This document shows, piece by piece, positions 26,288 to 38,665 of a stretch of DNA of 64,000 nt. Source of the DNA: Mobula hypostoma (Eukaryota); contig NC_086097.1 of NCBI RefSeq assembly GCF_963921235.1, positions 168,890,001 through 168,954,000 of the forward strand, in the 5' to 3' direction. How positions within the stretch are numbered: position 1 is the stretch's first letter; each line of letters starts with the position of its first letter. The position numbers and the translations under genes are program-made. The notes below the pieces were generated by a model, which saw only the letters and a list, made by a program, of their open reading frames with translations, did no database searches and was not told the DNA's origin.

Positions 26288-27010
26288 AACACACACAAAA
26301 TGCTCGAGGAACTTGCAGGTCAGGTGGCATCTATGGAGGGAAAAAAAACAGATGACATTTTGGGCCAAGACGTTCATCAACACCGGAAAGAAAAACATTA
26401 GAAGTCAGAAAAAGAAGCTAGGATAGGAAAGGAAGGAGCATGAGCTGGCTGGCAGATGATAGGTGAATGATGAGAGAAGCTGGGAGGCAATAGGTGAAAG
26501 AGTCAAAGAACTGAAGAAGGAATCTGATAGGAGAGGACAGTAGACCATGGAACAAAGGGAAGTGGATCCAGAGGGAGGAAGGTGAGGGCTAGGTCATGGG
26601 GGCAGGGAAGAGGAATGAGAAAGGGTACTCAGGGACAAGTGAATTGTGTGGGGAGAAGGGGTAGAGGGAGAGAGAGAAAAAGGGGAAGGGTTTCCAAAAG
26701 TGAGAAAAATCAGTAAGAGACTACCTCATTGCAATCACATTGACCTCAACATGGTAGTAAAGGCAGCCATGGACAGACATGTCAATGTGGAAATGGAAAG
26801 TGGAATTAAAATGGCTGGCCACCAGGGGATCTAGCTGTTGTGGCAGACAGAGCGAAGATGCTCAATGAAACAATCACCCAATGTGCATCTCAGGTACAGG
26901 AGATCACACTAGGAGTACCGGATGCACAATTGACACTTATAGATTTACAGGTGAAATGCTGCCTCACCTAAAGGGATTGTTCCTAGCTTCTCTCATTATT
27001 CCAGCATCTG
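26288..27010 (-). mobile_element. Degraded Penelope-like element
   Basis: Starts acacacaaaatgctcgagga..., then a purine-rich tract and decayed antisense GIY-YIG sequence (gtggaattaaaatggctggccaccaggg). Confidence 0.65.
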
Positions 27011-27192
27011 GACTCTCTCAAATCTCTGTAAGTGTTTTCCACTTACTCTTTGAGAATGTTAGAAGTGTTGTATGTAAAAGAGAATTAAAGTTCTTGTAGT
27101 AGGTTGTATGATTGTTGAGGTGAATAAAGGTGTAGGTTGGGGCATGAGGTTTGTCGAATTATACACAAGTGAAGTTGTGTATAGTTAGTTTT

Positions 27193-30100
27193 TTTTGTAA
27201 TTTATTTTTTATTGAAGTTCATCATCAAACAAACATTTCCATAAGATGTATTTCAGATATTGTACATATATATCATATAGTCATATATGCCACAAATCTC
27301 CACATAATATTTATCTGAGGTATACACCTATAGAAAGGTGAGGAAAGAAAGAACAAGCAAAAGGAGAAAACTATGTACAAGTAGGGAGTGATCTTTTTTC
27401 ACAACATATTCAGCGATTTGTGAGAATAAAATCAGGCCTATGAGGTGTTATGTAGTTTCCCAGTATGAATCAAATTGTTCCAACTGTGATTAACAGATGC
27501 TGTTATCTTCATTTTGTAAATGCCCATTGTAATTTCCATCCATGTGTTTAAAGTTGGGCTCTCCTGTGATAACCATTTCCTGGTAAGGGTCTTTTTACCA
27601 GCCACCAGCAGTATATTCATTAAATATTTATCTCTTTTCAACCATTCTTGAGGTACATACCCAAAATATATGGTCTTAATTTCTAAGGGTATTTCACATT
27701 TAAAAATATCTTGCAGGGCATTGTGTATCCCACTCCAATAGTCTTTGATAACGGGCCATTTCCAGAAAATATGATAATGGTTTGCATTTTGATTTCCACA
27801 ATTTCTCCAGCAAACAGGGAGGTTACTATCATAATGGGATTTCTGAGAGGGTGTAATAAAATATCTTATCAAGTTTTTCCATCAGAACTCCCATTTCTGT
27901 GAACTGGTACATTTCCATTGATACCTCCATATTATTGTCCATTCTTCCTCAGATATAATTATCCCTCCTTCTCCGATTTTGTTTTAATGTATGAAGTCGA
28001 ATGTGTTTTAAGATTTGACAAACCCTTATACACACTTGAAATTATTCTACTACCGTTGTCTGAATTATATGCTTTTCTAAATAGCTCTATCAGACATGTA
28101 CTAGTCTTGGTTGCATTTTTAACCATCCTATCAGCATACTGTCGCATCTGTAAATACCAACATAAGTCTTGTCTTTCTAATAAGACCATAAGACAAAGGA
28201 GCAGAAGTCGGCCATTCGGCCCATCGAGCCTGCTCCGCCATTTTATCATGAGCTGATCCATTCTCCCATTTAGTCCCACTCACCCGCCTTCTCACTATAA
28301 CCTTTGATGCCCTGGCTACTCAGATACCTATCAATCTCTGCCTTAAATATACCCAATGACTTGGCCTCCACTGCCGCCCGTGGCAACAAATTCCATAGAT
28401 TCACCACCCTCTGACTAAAAAAATTTCTTCGCATTTCTGTTCTGAATGGGCGCCCTTCAATCCTTAAGACATGCCCTCTCATACTAGACTCCCCCATCAC
28501 GGGAAACAACTTTGCCACATCAACTCTGTCCATGCCTTTCAACATTCGAAATGTTTAGACCATAAGACCATAAGACAAAGGAGCAGAAGTAGGCCATTCA
28601 GCCCGTCGAGTCTGCTCCACCATTTTTATCACGAGCTGATCCATTTTCTCCTATTTAGTCCCACTCCCCTGCCTTCTCACCATAACCTTTGATGCCCTGG
28701 CTACTCAGATACCTATCAATCTCTGCCTTAAATATACCCAATGACTTGGCCTCCACTGCTGCCCATGGCAACAAATTCCATAGATTCACCACCCTCTGAC
28801 TAAAAAAATTTCTTCGCATTTCTGTTCTGAAAGGGCGCCCTTCAATCCTTAAGTCATGCCCTCTCGTACTAAACTCCCCCATCATGGGAAACAACTTTGC
28901 CACATCCACTCTGTCCATGCCTTTTAACATTCGAAATGTTTCTATGAGGTCTCCCCTCATTCTTCTAAACTCCAAGGAATACAGTCCAAGAGCGGACAAA
29001 CGTTCCTCATATGTTAACCCTCTCATTCCCGGAATCATTCTAGTGAATCTTCTCTGTACCCTCTCCAACGTCAGCACATCCTTTCTTAAATAAGGAGACC
29101 AAAACTGCCCACAGTACTCCAAATGAGGTCTTACCAGCGCCTTATGGAGCCTCAACATCACATCCCTGCTCCTATACTCTATTCCTCTAGAAATGAATGC
29201 CAACATTGCATTCGCCTTCTTCACCACTGACCCAACCTGGAGGTTAACTTTAAGGGAATCCAGTACGAGGACTCCCAAGTCCCGTTCCATCTCAGAACTT
29301 TGAATTCTTTCCCCATTTAAATAGTAGTCTGCCAGTTTATTTTTTCTGCCAAAGTGCATAACCATACACTTTCCAACATTGTACTTCATTTGCCACTTCT
29401 CTGCCCATTCTTCCAATCTATCCAAGTCTCTCTGCAGACTCTCCGTTTCCTCAGCACTACCAGCTCCTCCACCTATCTTCGTATCTATCTTCGTTTCTAT
29501 GAGGTCTCCCCTCATTCTCCTAAACTCCAAGGAATACAGTCCAAGAGCGGACAAACGTTCCTCATATGTTAACCCTCTCATTCCCGGAATCATTCTAGTG
29601 AATCTTCTCTGTACCCTCTCCAACGTCAGCACATCCTTTCTTAAATAAGGAGACCAAGACTGCCCACAGTACTCCAAGTGAGGTCTCACCAGCGCCTTAT
29701 AGAGCCTCAGCATCACATCCCTGCTACTATACTCTATTCCTCTAGAAATGAATGCCAACAGCACTACCGACCCCTCCACCTATCTTCGTATCATCAGCAA
29801 ACTTAGCCACAAAGCCATCTATTCCATAAACCAAATCGTTCATGTACAATGTAAACAGAAGCGGCCCCAACATGGACCCCTGTGGAACACCACTGGTAAC
29901 CGGCAGCCAACCAGAACAGCATCCCTTTATTCCCACTCTCTGGTTCCTGCCAATCAGCCAACGCTCTATCCAAGTATGTAACTTTCTCGTAATTCCATGG
30001 GCTCTTATCTTGTTAAGTAGCCTCATGTAGCACCTTGTCAAAGGCCTTCTGAAAATCCAAATATACAACATCCACTACATCTCCCTTGTCCAGCATACTT

Positions 30101-31376
30101 GTAATTTCCTCAAAAGATTGTAATAGGTTTGCCAGGCAGGATTTTCCTTTGAGGAATCCATGCTGAGTTCTACCTATCTTGTCATATGCCTCCAGGTACT
30201 CCGTAACCTCATCCTTGACAGTTGACTCCAACAACTTCCCAAACACCGATGTCAAGCTAACAGGTCTATAATTTCCTTTTTGCTTCCTTGCCCCCTTCTT
30301 AAATAGCGGAGTGACATTTGCAATCTTCCAGTCCTCCGGAACCATGCCAGAATCTATCAACTTTTGAAACCTCCAGCCTCCCTGATGGCCACATCTGCGC
30401 CAGGTGCACCGAGATGCAGCTCCTCAGAGACCATGTTAGGGATCTGGAGCTGCAGCTTGATGACCTACTGCTTATCAGGGAAAGTGAAGAGGTGATAGAC
30501 AGGAGCTACAGGGAGGTAGTCATCCCTAAGCTACAGGAATCAGAAAACTGGGTGACTGTCAGGAGAGGGAAAGAAAATGCCCGAATAGTGGAGAGCACAC
30601 CACTATCCATTTAAAGAGAAATAAATATTAAAGAGAAATAAGTATTTCTCTTTAAGCATTTCAAAACTGAACAGTGTTCCTTCTTCCATTATATTGCAAA
30701 GAACTGTTATTCCTTTAGCTGTCCATTCCTTAATTCTAGCATCCAGTTTATCTGGCGTAAAATCAGAGTAATATGCATGCCATTTAAGGATTGCAATATT
30801 TCTCTCTAGTTTATATTCTTTTATAATAGTTTTCCATATTTTAAGAGTCCATTTCACCCATGGGTTATCAATAGTATTTATGTAACTTTGTAGGTTGTTA
30901 TCAGCCAAAATTGCCTGTATGGGGATGGGAAGTATCCCCTCCTCAATGTTTTTTCATTGAGTGTCATATAATGGGTTCCACCAACATATCACAGCTCTCA
31001 AATGTGCTGCAAAATAATAAGCTGTAAGAGAAGGTAGGCCCCATCCCCCCTTTTCCTTGGCTAATTGCAAAGTTTTGAGATGAACTCTAAGCCTTTTACC
31101 TTGCCGTATATATCTTGATAACATTTTGTTCCATTCATTGAATTGATTTTGATTAATCTCTATTGGTAGGATCTGAAAGAGATATAATAGTCTGGGCAGT
31201 ATATTCATTTTAATAGACTCAATCTTTGAACTGAGACTAAAAAAAAAGGAATTAGGTTCCATCTTGTTATATCTTCCTTAATTTTTTTTTATATATAGGC
31301 TGATAATTTGCATTCTGATAATTTTGCCAAATCTTTTGGCATAATGATGCCCAAATATTTGAAAGACTCTGTTTGG
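27193..31376 (-). mobile_element. L1/Tx1-clade LINE, 5'-truncated (27193-28178 plus 30643-31376), interrupted by a CR1 composite
   Basis: ORF2 pieces KIESIKMNILPRLLYLFQ, GGWGLPSL..YYFAA and zinc knuckle CWRNCGNQNANHYHIFW; poly(A) tail; TSD gtatagttagtttt (27179-27192) / gtacagttagtttt (31377-31390) ending at TTTT/AA. Confidence 0.88.
28185..30636 (-). mobile_element. Composite CR1 insertion: duplicated 3' ends, rearranged RT segments and an inverted ORF1 fragment (30368-30610, plus strand)
   Basis: Two (gaccataa)n tails at about 28185 and 28558; near-identical blocks 28937-29205 and 29494-29760; plus-strand HICARCTEMQLLRDHVRDLELQLDDL...WVTVRRGK is CR1 ORF1-like; aataag flanks both ends. Confidence 0.88.
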
Positions 31377-31732
31377 GTACAGTTAGTTTTAAAAGACAAC
31401 AAGTACCTCATTAATTGTAACCCAACATAACTTCATTTTAAGAATGTGGCAACAATTTAAAAAACTATTATCTCCATAAAGATAAAAACAGATGCCCACG
31501 ATCTGTTAACTTTTTTAAATTAATTGGGAGAAATTGAACTTATCTTCCTTTTCTTGGCTATCTATCCACAAAGGCATTTATTCAAACACTCCCAAATAGT
31601 TTAGAAAATAAAAATGTTCACAATAGCAATAGTGATGTTAAAAATCATAGGACTACAAATGTTTATGGATTAAGTTCAATCATACACAGAATTACAGAAG
31701 AAAGAGTCATTTTACAAATTTCACTTCATTTA

Positions 31733-31943
31733 TCCTGTGATAACCATTTTCTGGTAAGAGTCTTTTTACCAGCCACCAGCAGTATATTCATTAAACATTT
31801 ATCTCTTTTCAACCATTCTTGAGGTACATACCCAAAATATATGGTCTTAGTTTCTAAGGGTATTTCACATTTAAAGATGTCTTGTAGGGCATTGTGTATC
31901 CCACTCCAATAGCCTTTGATAACAGGGCATTCCCAGAAAATAT
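31733..31943 (-). mobile_element. Internal fragment of the same L1-like family (homologous to 27562-27772)
   Basis: Encodes IFWECPVIKGYWSGIHNALQDIFKCEIPLE...KKTLTRKWLSQ, nearly identical to ORF 27438-27872; no tail. Confidence 0.85.
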
Positions 31944-33072
31944 TAATGGAGGGAAGCACCTTCACAGATAACGCAAAACAAAATGAATAATGTAAAACAG
32001 CCCAGTAACCAGCCCCATCAAGATGAATGGTCAACACCTCAGTTTTCAGTAGCACTTTCCCCTGCACCCACTGAACAAAGCAATACTTTAGCAACTTGAC
32101 CATGATTCAAATCCACTTGAATACTTGAGGTTCTGTCCTCTTTTTACAAACTCACTTTGCACCTCTTCCAGGCTGATCATCAAAAACAGGAATCACTGGT
32201 AGAACCTTGCTTCACCGGTAGGACCACTGCTCATCACCCAATGATCTCAACAGCCGTCAAGAGCCTATCTAGTGTTGCCACTGCTTTAGGAATGTTGACT
32301 GGCCATCCGATAGCAATACAATATATATTTTTCTCTAACTACTCCACATGCAGGTGTGGGGCCATTCTGAAGACACTTACACATCCCCAGGACAATGAAA
32401 ATCCCACAGGAAATTTGAGATTAAGTACAGAGCAGGGATTTTGTAGTATTCCTGACAACCACCACCTGAAAAGGACCAAATCAGTCAACTGCAACTAAAA
32501 GAGGTAATGACAGTACTGCACGTTCCTACCAGCCACTGAGCCAGAAGTGTGAGCTTTTTCTTTCTCCCTCAAATGGTTAATCATAAAGCCAGTATATCCA
32601 GGACATGCCCTCTTCTCATTGCTACCATCAGAGAGGAGATATAAGAGCTTGAATATATCCAGTCAATGTTTTTAAAAGTTTTTTCCCCTCTATCAAATTC
32701 TGAACAGTCCATGAACACTACCTCTCTAATTGCTCTTTCTGCACTACATTTATTTTTAATATATCTTATTTTAACTAATAGTAATTATTTTATGTATTAC
32801 ACTTTTTGGTGCCACAAAACAACAAATTTCATTACATATGTCAGTGATAATAAACCTTATTCTGATACAGTAAATTAGCTTCTGGGTAATTAATAATTGA
32901 ATATATTTCTTAATTAGCATCCATCCAATTAACTCTTTGTGCACCGTTTGTACTTTAATTACCTGCCCAGACCACACTTTAAAACTCATCAGTTCAGTTT
33001 AACAAAAAGTTAATTCAGATTATTTGCCTCAAACACAGATTCCTAACCTAATGCAAACACTGAATTTTATGA

Positions 33073-33258
33073 GCCACGCACACAATATGCTGGAGGAACT
33101 CAGCAAGTTAGGCCTTTGTCAGGCCCTTTCATCAGTATCTTGGCTCAAAACATCAAACTTTTTATTCCTTTCCATGGATCCTGCCCGACTTGCTGAGTTC
33201 CTCGAGCATTTTGTATGTGTTGCTCAAGATTTCCAACTGCAGAAGCTCTTGTGTTTAA
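33073..33258. mobile_element. Short Penelope-derived fold-back element
   Basis: cacaatatgctggaggaactcagc...gctgagttcctcgagcattttg; flanked by tgaattttatga (33061-33072) and tgagttttatga (33259-33270). Confidence 0.65.
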
Positions 33259-33293
33259 TGAGTTTTATGATGTATGTTACCAGGAGGATTGTG

Positions 33294-33921
33294 CAGACAT
33301 CCCAACCTGCAAAAACTCACTTCAGGGAGGTAGCACCATCAATTTGCGGGAGACTCCCGGAACTTCCGGGAGAGGTGGGATGTCTGCAATAGAGTAGCTC
33401 CTTAGCAGCTAGCCAGCTAGTTTAAATAACGTTAGCTATGCTAATGAACGAATGACACCTGTTAAACTCACCTCAACATGTCTTTTACAGTCTTAACCCA
33501 CCATGGGCAATAGAAAAGTCACTGTTGCAAACAGTGCAGCGAGCAATACTGTCATTATTTTTGACCCCTATTAGGCAGGGGTATACTTTAGTGTAGTCTG
33601 GGGTGACGTGCATTTTATATTTTCTTTTTTTGGAACACTCTGCCACTCTGACTTTTTTTGGAACTCTCTCGCTCTTGCTTTTACTCTCTCTCTATCGCGC
33701 GCACGTGCTCTCGCGCTCTCTCTCGGTCGCTCTCACTCGCGCTCGCTCTCTCGCGCTTGCTTTCTTGCTCTTGCGCTCACTCTCTTGCTCTCACGCACTC
33801 TCTCACGCTCGGTCTCAAAAAAAATCAATTTCTGGGACATTGTATATAATTTGCGAGCATCAGGGAGCCACTATTAATTTGCGGGAGACTCCCGGAACTT
33901 CCCGGAGAGGTGGGATGTCTG
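33294..33921. mobile_element. Non-autonomous DNA transposon (MITE, hAT-like termini)
   Basis: 11-bp TIR cagacatccca...tgggatgtctg; 6-bp TSD attgtg at 33288-33293 and 33922-33927; no transposase ORF. Confidence 0.8.
33664..33812. repeat. (CT)/(CG)-rich low-complexity tract inside the MITE
   Basis: Repeated ctctcgcgctc / ctcttgctc units. Confidence 0.85.
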
Positions 33922-34343
33922 ATTGTGACAAGGCCCAGCAGCTTTATAATTGATATCTTGTATTTAAACATGGAGTTGTGCAATCTCTTCTCTTCAGAAG
34001 TTTCTACCTTTCACTTGTTATAGTTAGCACAAATTACATTAGAAACGTAGAAATTAATGTCCACTGTCAAAATGGAGATACATTTTGGAAAAAAAATGGA
34101 GCAATAAAGATTTTTAGAAGCAGCTATATTTTTGGCACATTTCAACATCCTGAGAATTAAGACGAGCTAATGCAAATTCATTCACTTAATAAAATTCAGT
34201 TCAACAATAGAATTACGCAGTAAATAAAAATAAAAATAATCATGCATTCAATAAATTTTTGAAATGATGTTTAAGCTATTTCTTCATTTTCATCTTGTGA
34301 AAATTGTTTCCATTTTGAGTATGTAAACACTTATTAAACTTAC

Positions 34344-34498
34344 AGGATGCAATGCTTCCTCTTGCCGTCTAGCTTGACTCTGCCGATTTATGAAAGACCG
34401 AGTTAGAAGTTTGTAATGGTTTAGCAGGCAAATGATTACAACCACCATCACAGTCATTACTGCAACAATGATGATTATCTTCACAAATTCTTGTTCAG
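34344..34498 (-). CDS. LDLRAD4: LDLRAD4 transmembrane exon (155 bp, phase 1 to 0): [54 protein letters not shown]
   Basis: Translation matches the PMEPA1/LDLRAD4 TM signature (E.EF..IIII...[18 protein letters not shown]). Acceptor tttcAG (AG at 34500-34499) and donor GTAAGT (34343-34338) on the minus strand. Confidence 0.95.
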
Positions 34499-35989
34499 CT
34501 GAAATGACAAAACACAAAAGAAAAAGTAAGTCATTTGCTTAGAACGTCACATCAGGACATTCAATTTTGAAAAAGAATTAATTAGCAAAAGCCCCTAACA
34601 TTTTCTTTGCTGTTTTAAAAACTGGTTATGAAATATTTAAATTGAAACAAACATTAAGACATTTCTCTTTTGCAAACCTTAACATTTGTATTATATTAAG
34701 GTATGTGTTATTAATTTTTCATCTGTTCTCAAAAGTCCCCATCTTGAAGATCAGGTGATTTTCCCCAGACACGTGGCCAATAATCACCACAAATCAACAT
34801 CACTCAAAACTAGTTATCTTTCCGTAGCAGTGTGGTGTGCACAATCTGATTGAATACATTGCAGTTATTTAATTGACTGTAATATACTTTGGGGTATCCT
34901 GAGATATTGAAAGATGTTAAAGATGCTAGTGTCTGTTTTCCTTTTACCTTTTCCCCAAATCCAGTCATTTGCTTGCCTGACCTTCACTGTGCTGACATTC
35001 AGATTATCAGTCTGCATGATAAAATGTGCAGTTTTACGATGTCGATCCAGCTGCCATTGAACGTGTTTCTTAGAGTTGAGTAACGCAGAGCTATGCGTTA
35101 GGCAGCATGAAACTTAAACAGCTTGATGAACTGCAGATATCACAAGTACCCAGGTGCTAGACTGAAACACTGTGGCATACAGCACAATAACCATGAATCA
35201 ACCGAAATCCGTGGTAGAGAATATACAATGTAGCAGGATGTTGCATGTGGAAACATAATTCTTGTAGACTTGCCCCTTTTGCTTGACAAAAGCTTTCTTG
35301 CGAATTGTTTACCTAAGTTAAATAAACAGGAAAAGAACTAGACACTTAAATTTGAGTCCTTCAGCCAGCTCACCACAAGAGAAACTGAACAAACTAAGTG
35401 TGGCTAACAAATGCATGGGACAACACTCAGCAGATCCAGAAAGTACTTTTCTTTTTACTTCTTGTCTTACTACCCTGACTTTTAAAATATCAGCTTGCGT
35501 TACACATTATTTGTCAATTTATACGGTAACAAGATCCCTTTATGTGGAATTGAAAGGAACACACAAGATAATACGACACATTTGAAGCTTTACATATTTT
35601 AATATAAAACATTCTTTGGCAAAACCCTGGGGAAATTCCAGTGCTTAAGAAATAAATGTTCAGTTCTCAAAAGTCACATTTAAAACTGCATGCCAATCAC
35701 AAAAGCGAAAAAGAATAAGCAGCGTTTCCTCAAAAAAAAATCAACAAAGCATTCACTTTAAACAGCTCTGCCTGCATATGGTCAGAATGAGGACTATGAC
35801 ACCATCTTTACTGAATGTGAATTTTTTCTTGACATCTTTAAGTTGAGTACAGATGGCACAACAAAACAAAAGAAATCAGGCAAATATAAAGTTGGTCATT
35901 TTGAAAAAAAAATTTCATTTAATACTAATACAATGTCATGAAAATCTTGGACACATTCCAATATTACATGATCTTCAAAATGAACAGCT

Positions 35990-37272
35990 CCCTCTCTCAG
36001 TATGTAGTATCCTCCTGCTTCAAATCATCCATCATTGTTGCTGTACCTAAGAAAACCAAGGTAGCACGCTTGAACAATCGGTGCCCTGTCACACTCACCT
36101 CAATTATAAGTTAATGCTTTGAAGGGCTGGTTAAAGACTACATCTGCAGCAAGCTACTACTCACGCTGGACCCCCTACAGTTCGCCTACCAATGGAACGG
36201 GTCTACCAATTACGCCATAGCCACAGCACTACACTAACCTGGTCCTCGCTAACCTGGAGAAGAGCAATACATACATTAGAACGCTGTTCCTGGACTACAG
36301 TTCAGTATTCTACACCATAATTCCCTCCAGACTTGAATGGAAGGTCAGATACCTCAGCCTGCACCCTGACTTGTGCAGCTGGATCCTAGACTTCCTATTG
36401 GATTGCAGACAGGTGGGCTCCCTCATCTCTGCTCCTCTGACCCTCAACACAGGTGCCCCCCAGTGTTGTGTCCTGAGTCCCCTCCTCTACTCCGTTTACA
36501 CCCACGACTGTGCTGCCACACACAGCTCCAATCTGCTGATCAAATTTGCAAATGAAATGACTTTGATTGGCCTTATTTCTAGCAGTGATGAGACAGCCTA
36601 CGGAGGAGAGGTTGACACCCTGACACAGTGGTGCCAAGATAACAACCTCTCCCTCAATGTCCAAAAACAAAGAGCTGATTGTGGATTACAGGACAGAGAC
36701 GGGCTCGGTCTGATCAATATCAGTAGGTCTGCAGTTGAGAGGGTGAGTAGTTTCAAGTTCCTCAGTATACTCATCACTGAAGATCTCACCTGGACTGTAC
36801 ACACCAGCTGTGTGGCAAATAAAGCACAGCAGCATCTCTTCCACCTCAGGCAACTGAAGAAGTTCAGCATGAGCCCCCAAATCCTCAAGATCTTCTACAG
36901 GGGCAGCATTGAGAGCATCCTGACTAGCTGTATCACCACCTGGTATGGGAACTGCACCAACCTTGATCACTGGGCACTGCAGAAAGTTCAGGCAGCCCAG
37001 CACATATGTGGATGTGAACTTCCCTCTATTCTGGACACTTACAGCAGCAGGTGCAGAAAGAAGGCCTGGAAGATCATTGTGGACTGTTTCAGCTGCTGCC
37101 ATCTGACAGAGACTACCACAGCATTAAAGCCAGGACCAACAGGCTATGGGACAGCTTCTTTCTACAAGCCATTAGACTTATACATTCACATATCTGTACA
37201 TTGTGACTGAGTCACAACACAAAGATTTTTACTCCCTCATGATGTGGGATTAATGTAAGATATAAATAAATT
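35990..37272 (+). mobile_element. Rex1/Babar-type LINE, 5'-truncated
   Basis: ORF 36371-37210: CSWILDFL...TLNTGAPQCCVLSPLLYSVYTHDC...IKFA..., KAQQHLFHLRQLKKF, FYRGSIESILTSCITTWYGN. Confidence 0.85.
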
Positions 37273-37502
37273 TAAATAATCAAATGTATTCATTGGAACA
37301 TCATAAATGAATATCAAATACTTTTTACATAACCTTTTTATGGTTTTTTAATCCTTTACTTTTCTATCAGTATATTCCCATGGTGCCAAAATAGATGACA
37401 ATAGTTGATATGCTTTTGTTAAAAGTTGCACTGACTACAAATGTTGCAGAGGCATAAAGATGTCTATTGCCACCAAGCTGCTAAATGCCACCTTGCAGGA
37501 AG

Positions 37503-38665
37503 TAAGACATAAGACCATAAGACATAGGAACATAATTAGGCTATTCAGCCCATCGAGTCTCCTCCACCATTTCATCATGGCTGATCCTAGATCCCACTCA
37601 ACCCCATACATCTGCCTTATTGCCATATCCTTTGATGCCCTGACAGATGAGGAAACGAGCAACATCCACCTTAAATATACCCCTGACTTGGCCTCCACCA
37701 CAGTCTGTGGTCGAGCATTCAACAGATTCTCCACTCTCTGGCAAATAAATTTCCCCCTTACCTCTGTTGTAAATTTTAAGGTTGTGCCCTCTAGTTCTGG
37801 ATACCTCCACCATAGGAAACATTCTCTCCACAACCACCCTATCTGGTCCTTTCAACATTCAGTAGGTTGCAATGAGATCCCCACACATTCTTCTAAATTC
37901 CATTGAATACAGGCCAAAAGCTGCCAAACATTGTATCATCCACAAATTTTGTCCACAAAGCCATCAATTCCATTATCTAGAACAATGTGAAAAGTAGCGG
38001 TCCCAATTCTGCCCCCTGAGGAACACCTCAATTCACTGGCAGCCAACCAGAAAAGACCACCTTTATTCCCACTTGCTACCTTATGTCTATCAGCCATTCC
38101 TCTATCCATGCCAGTATTTTTACAGTATTTTTCCTGTAATGCCATAGGATTTTATCTTGTTAAGCAGCCTCATGTGCGGCACCTTATCAAATGCCTTCTG
38201 TAAATGACATTCACTGCCTCTCCTTTGTCCACCCTGGTTGTTACTTCCTCGAAGAATTCTAGCAGATTTGTCAGGCAAGATTTCCCTTTACAGAAACCAT
38301 GCTGACTTTGACTTATTTTGTACCTCGAAACCTCATCGTTAATAATAGATTCCAACACATTCCCAACCACTGAGATTAGGCTAACTAGCCTATAATTTCC
38401 TCTCTTTTTCCTTCCTCCCTCCTTAAATAATCTTCCAGTCCTCTGGGACCATACCAGAATCAAGTGATTCTTGAAAGATCAAGACTAAAGCATCTGTAAT
38501 CTCTTCAGCAACCTCTCTTAGGACTCTGGGATGTAGTCCATCTGGTCCAGGTGACTTATCCACTTTGTCCTTTCAGTGCACACCTTTTCCTTTGTAATAG
38601 CAATGGCACTCACTCCTGCTCTCTGATACTCTGGCACACTGCTAGTATCTTCCACAGTGAAGACT
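37503..38665 (-). mobile_element. CR1 LINE, decayed, with an internal deletion
   Basis: (cataagac)n tail; antisense QHGFCKGKSCLTNLLEFFEEVT. Confidence 0.85.

Noticed and set aside
28655..29779. 374-aa ORF with an internal repeat as a novel protein
   Set aside because: It results from rearranged CR1 ORF2 segments that happen to join in frame, with no independent start or splice evidence.
33294..33921. CRISPR-like repeat-spacer array
   Set aside because: Only two copies of the repeat, 535 bp apart, explained by transposon termini in a vertebrate context.
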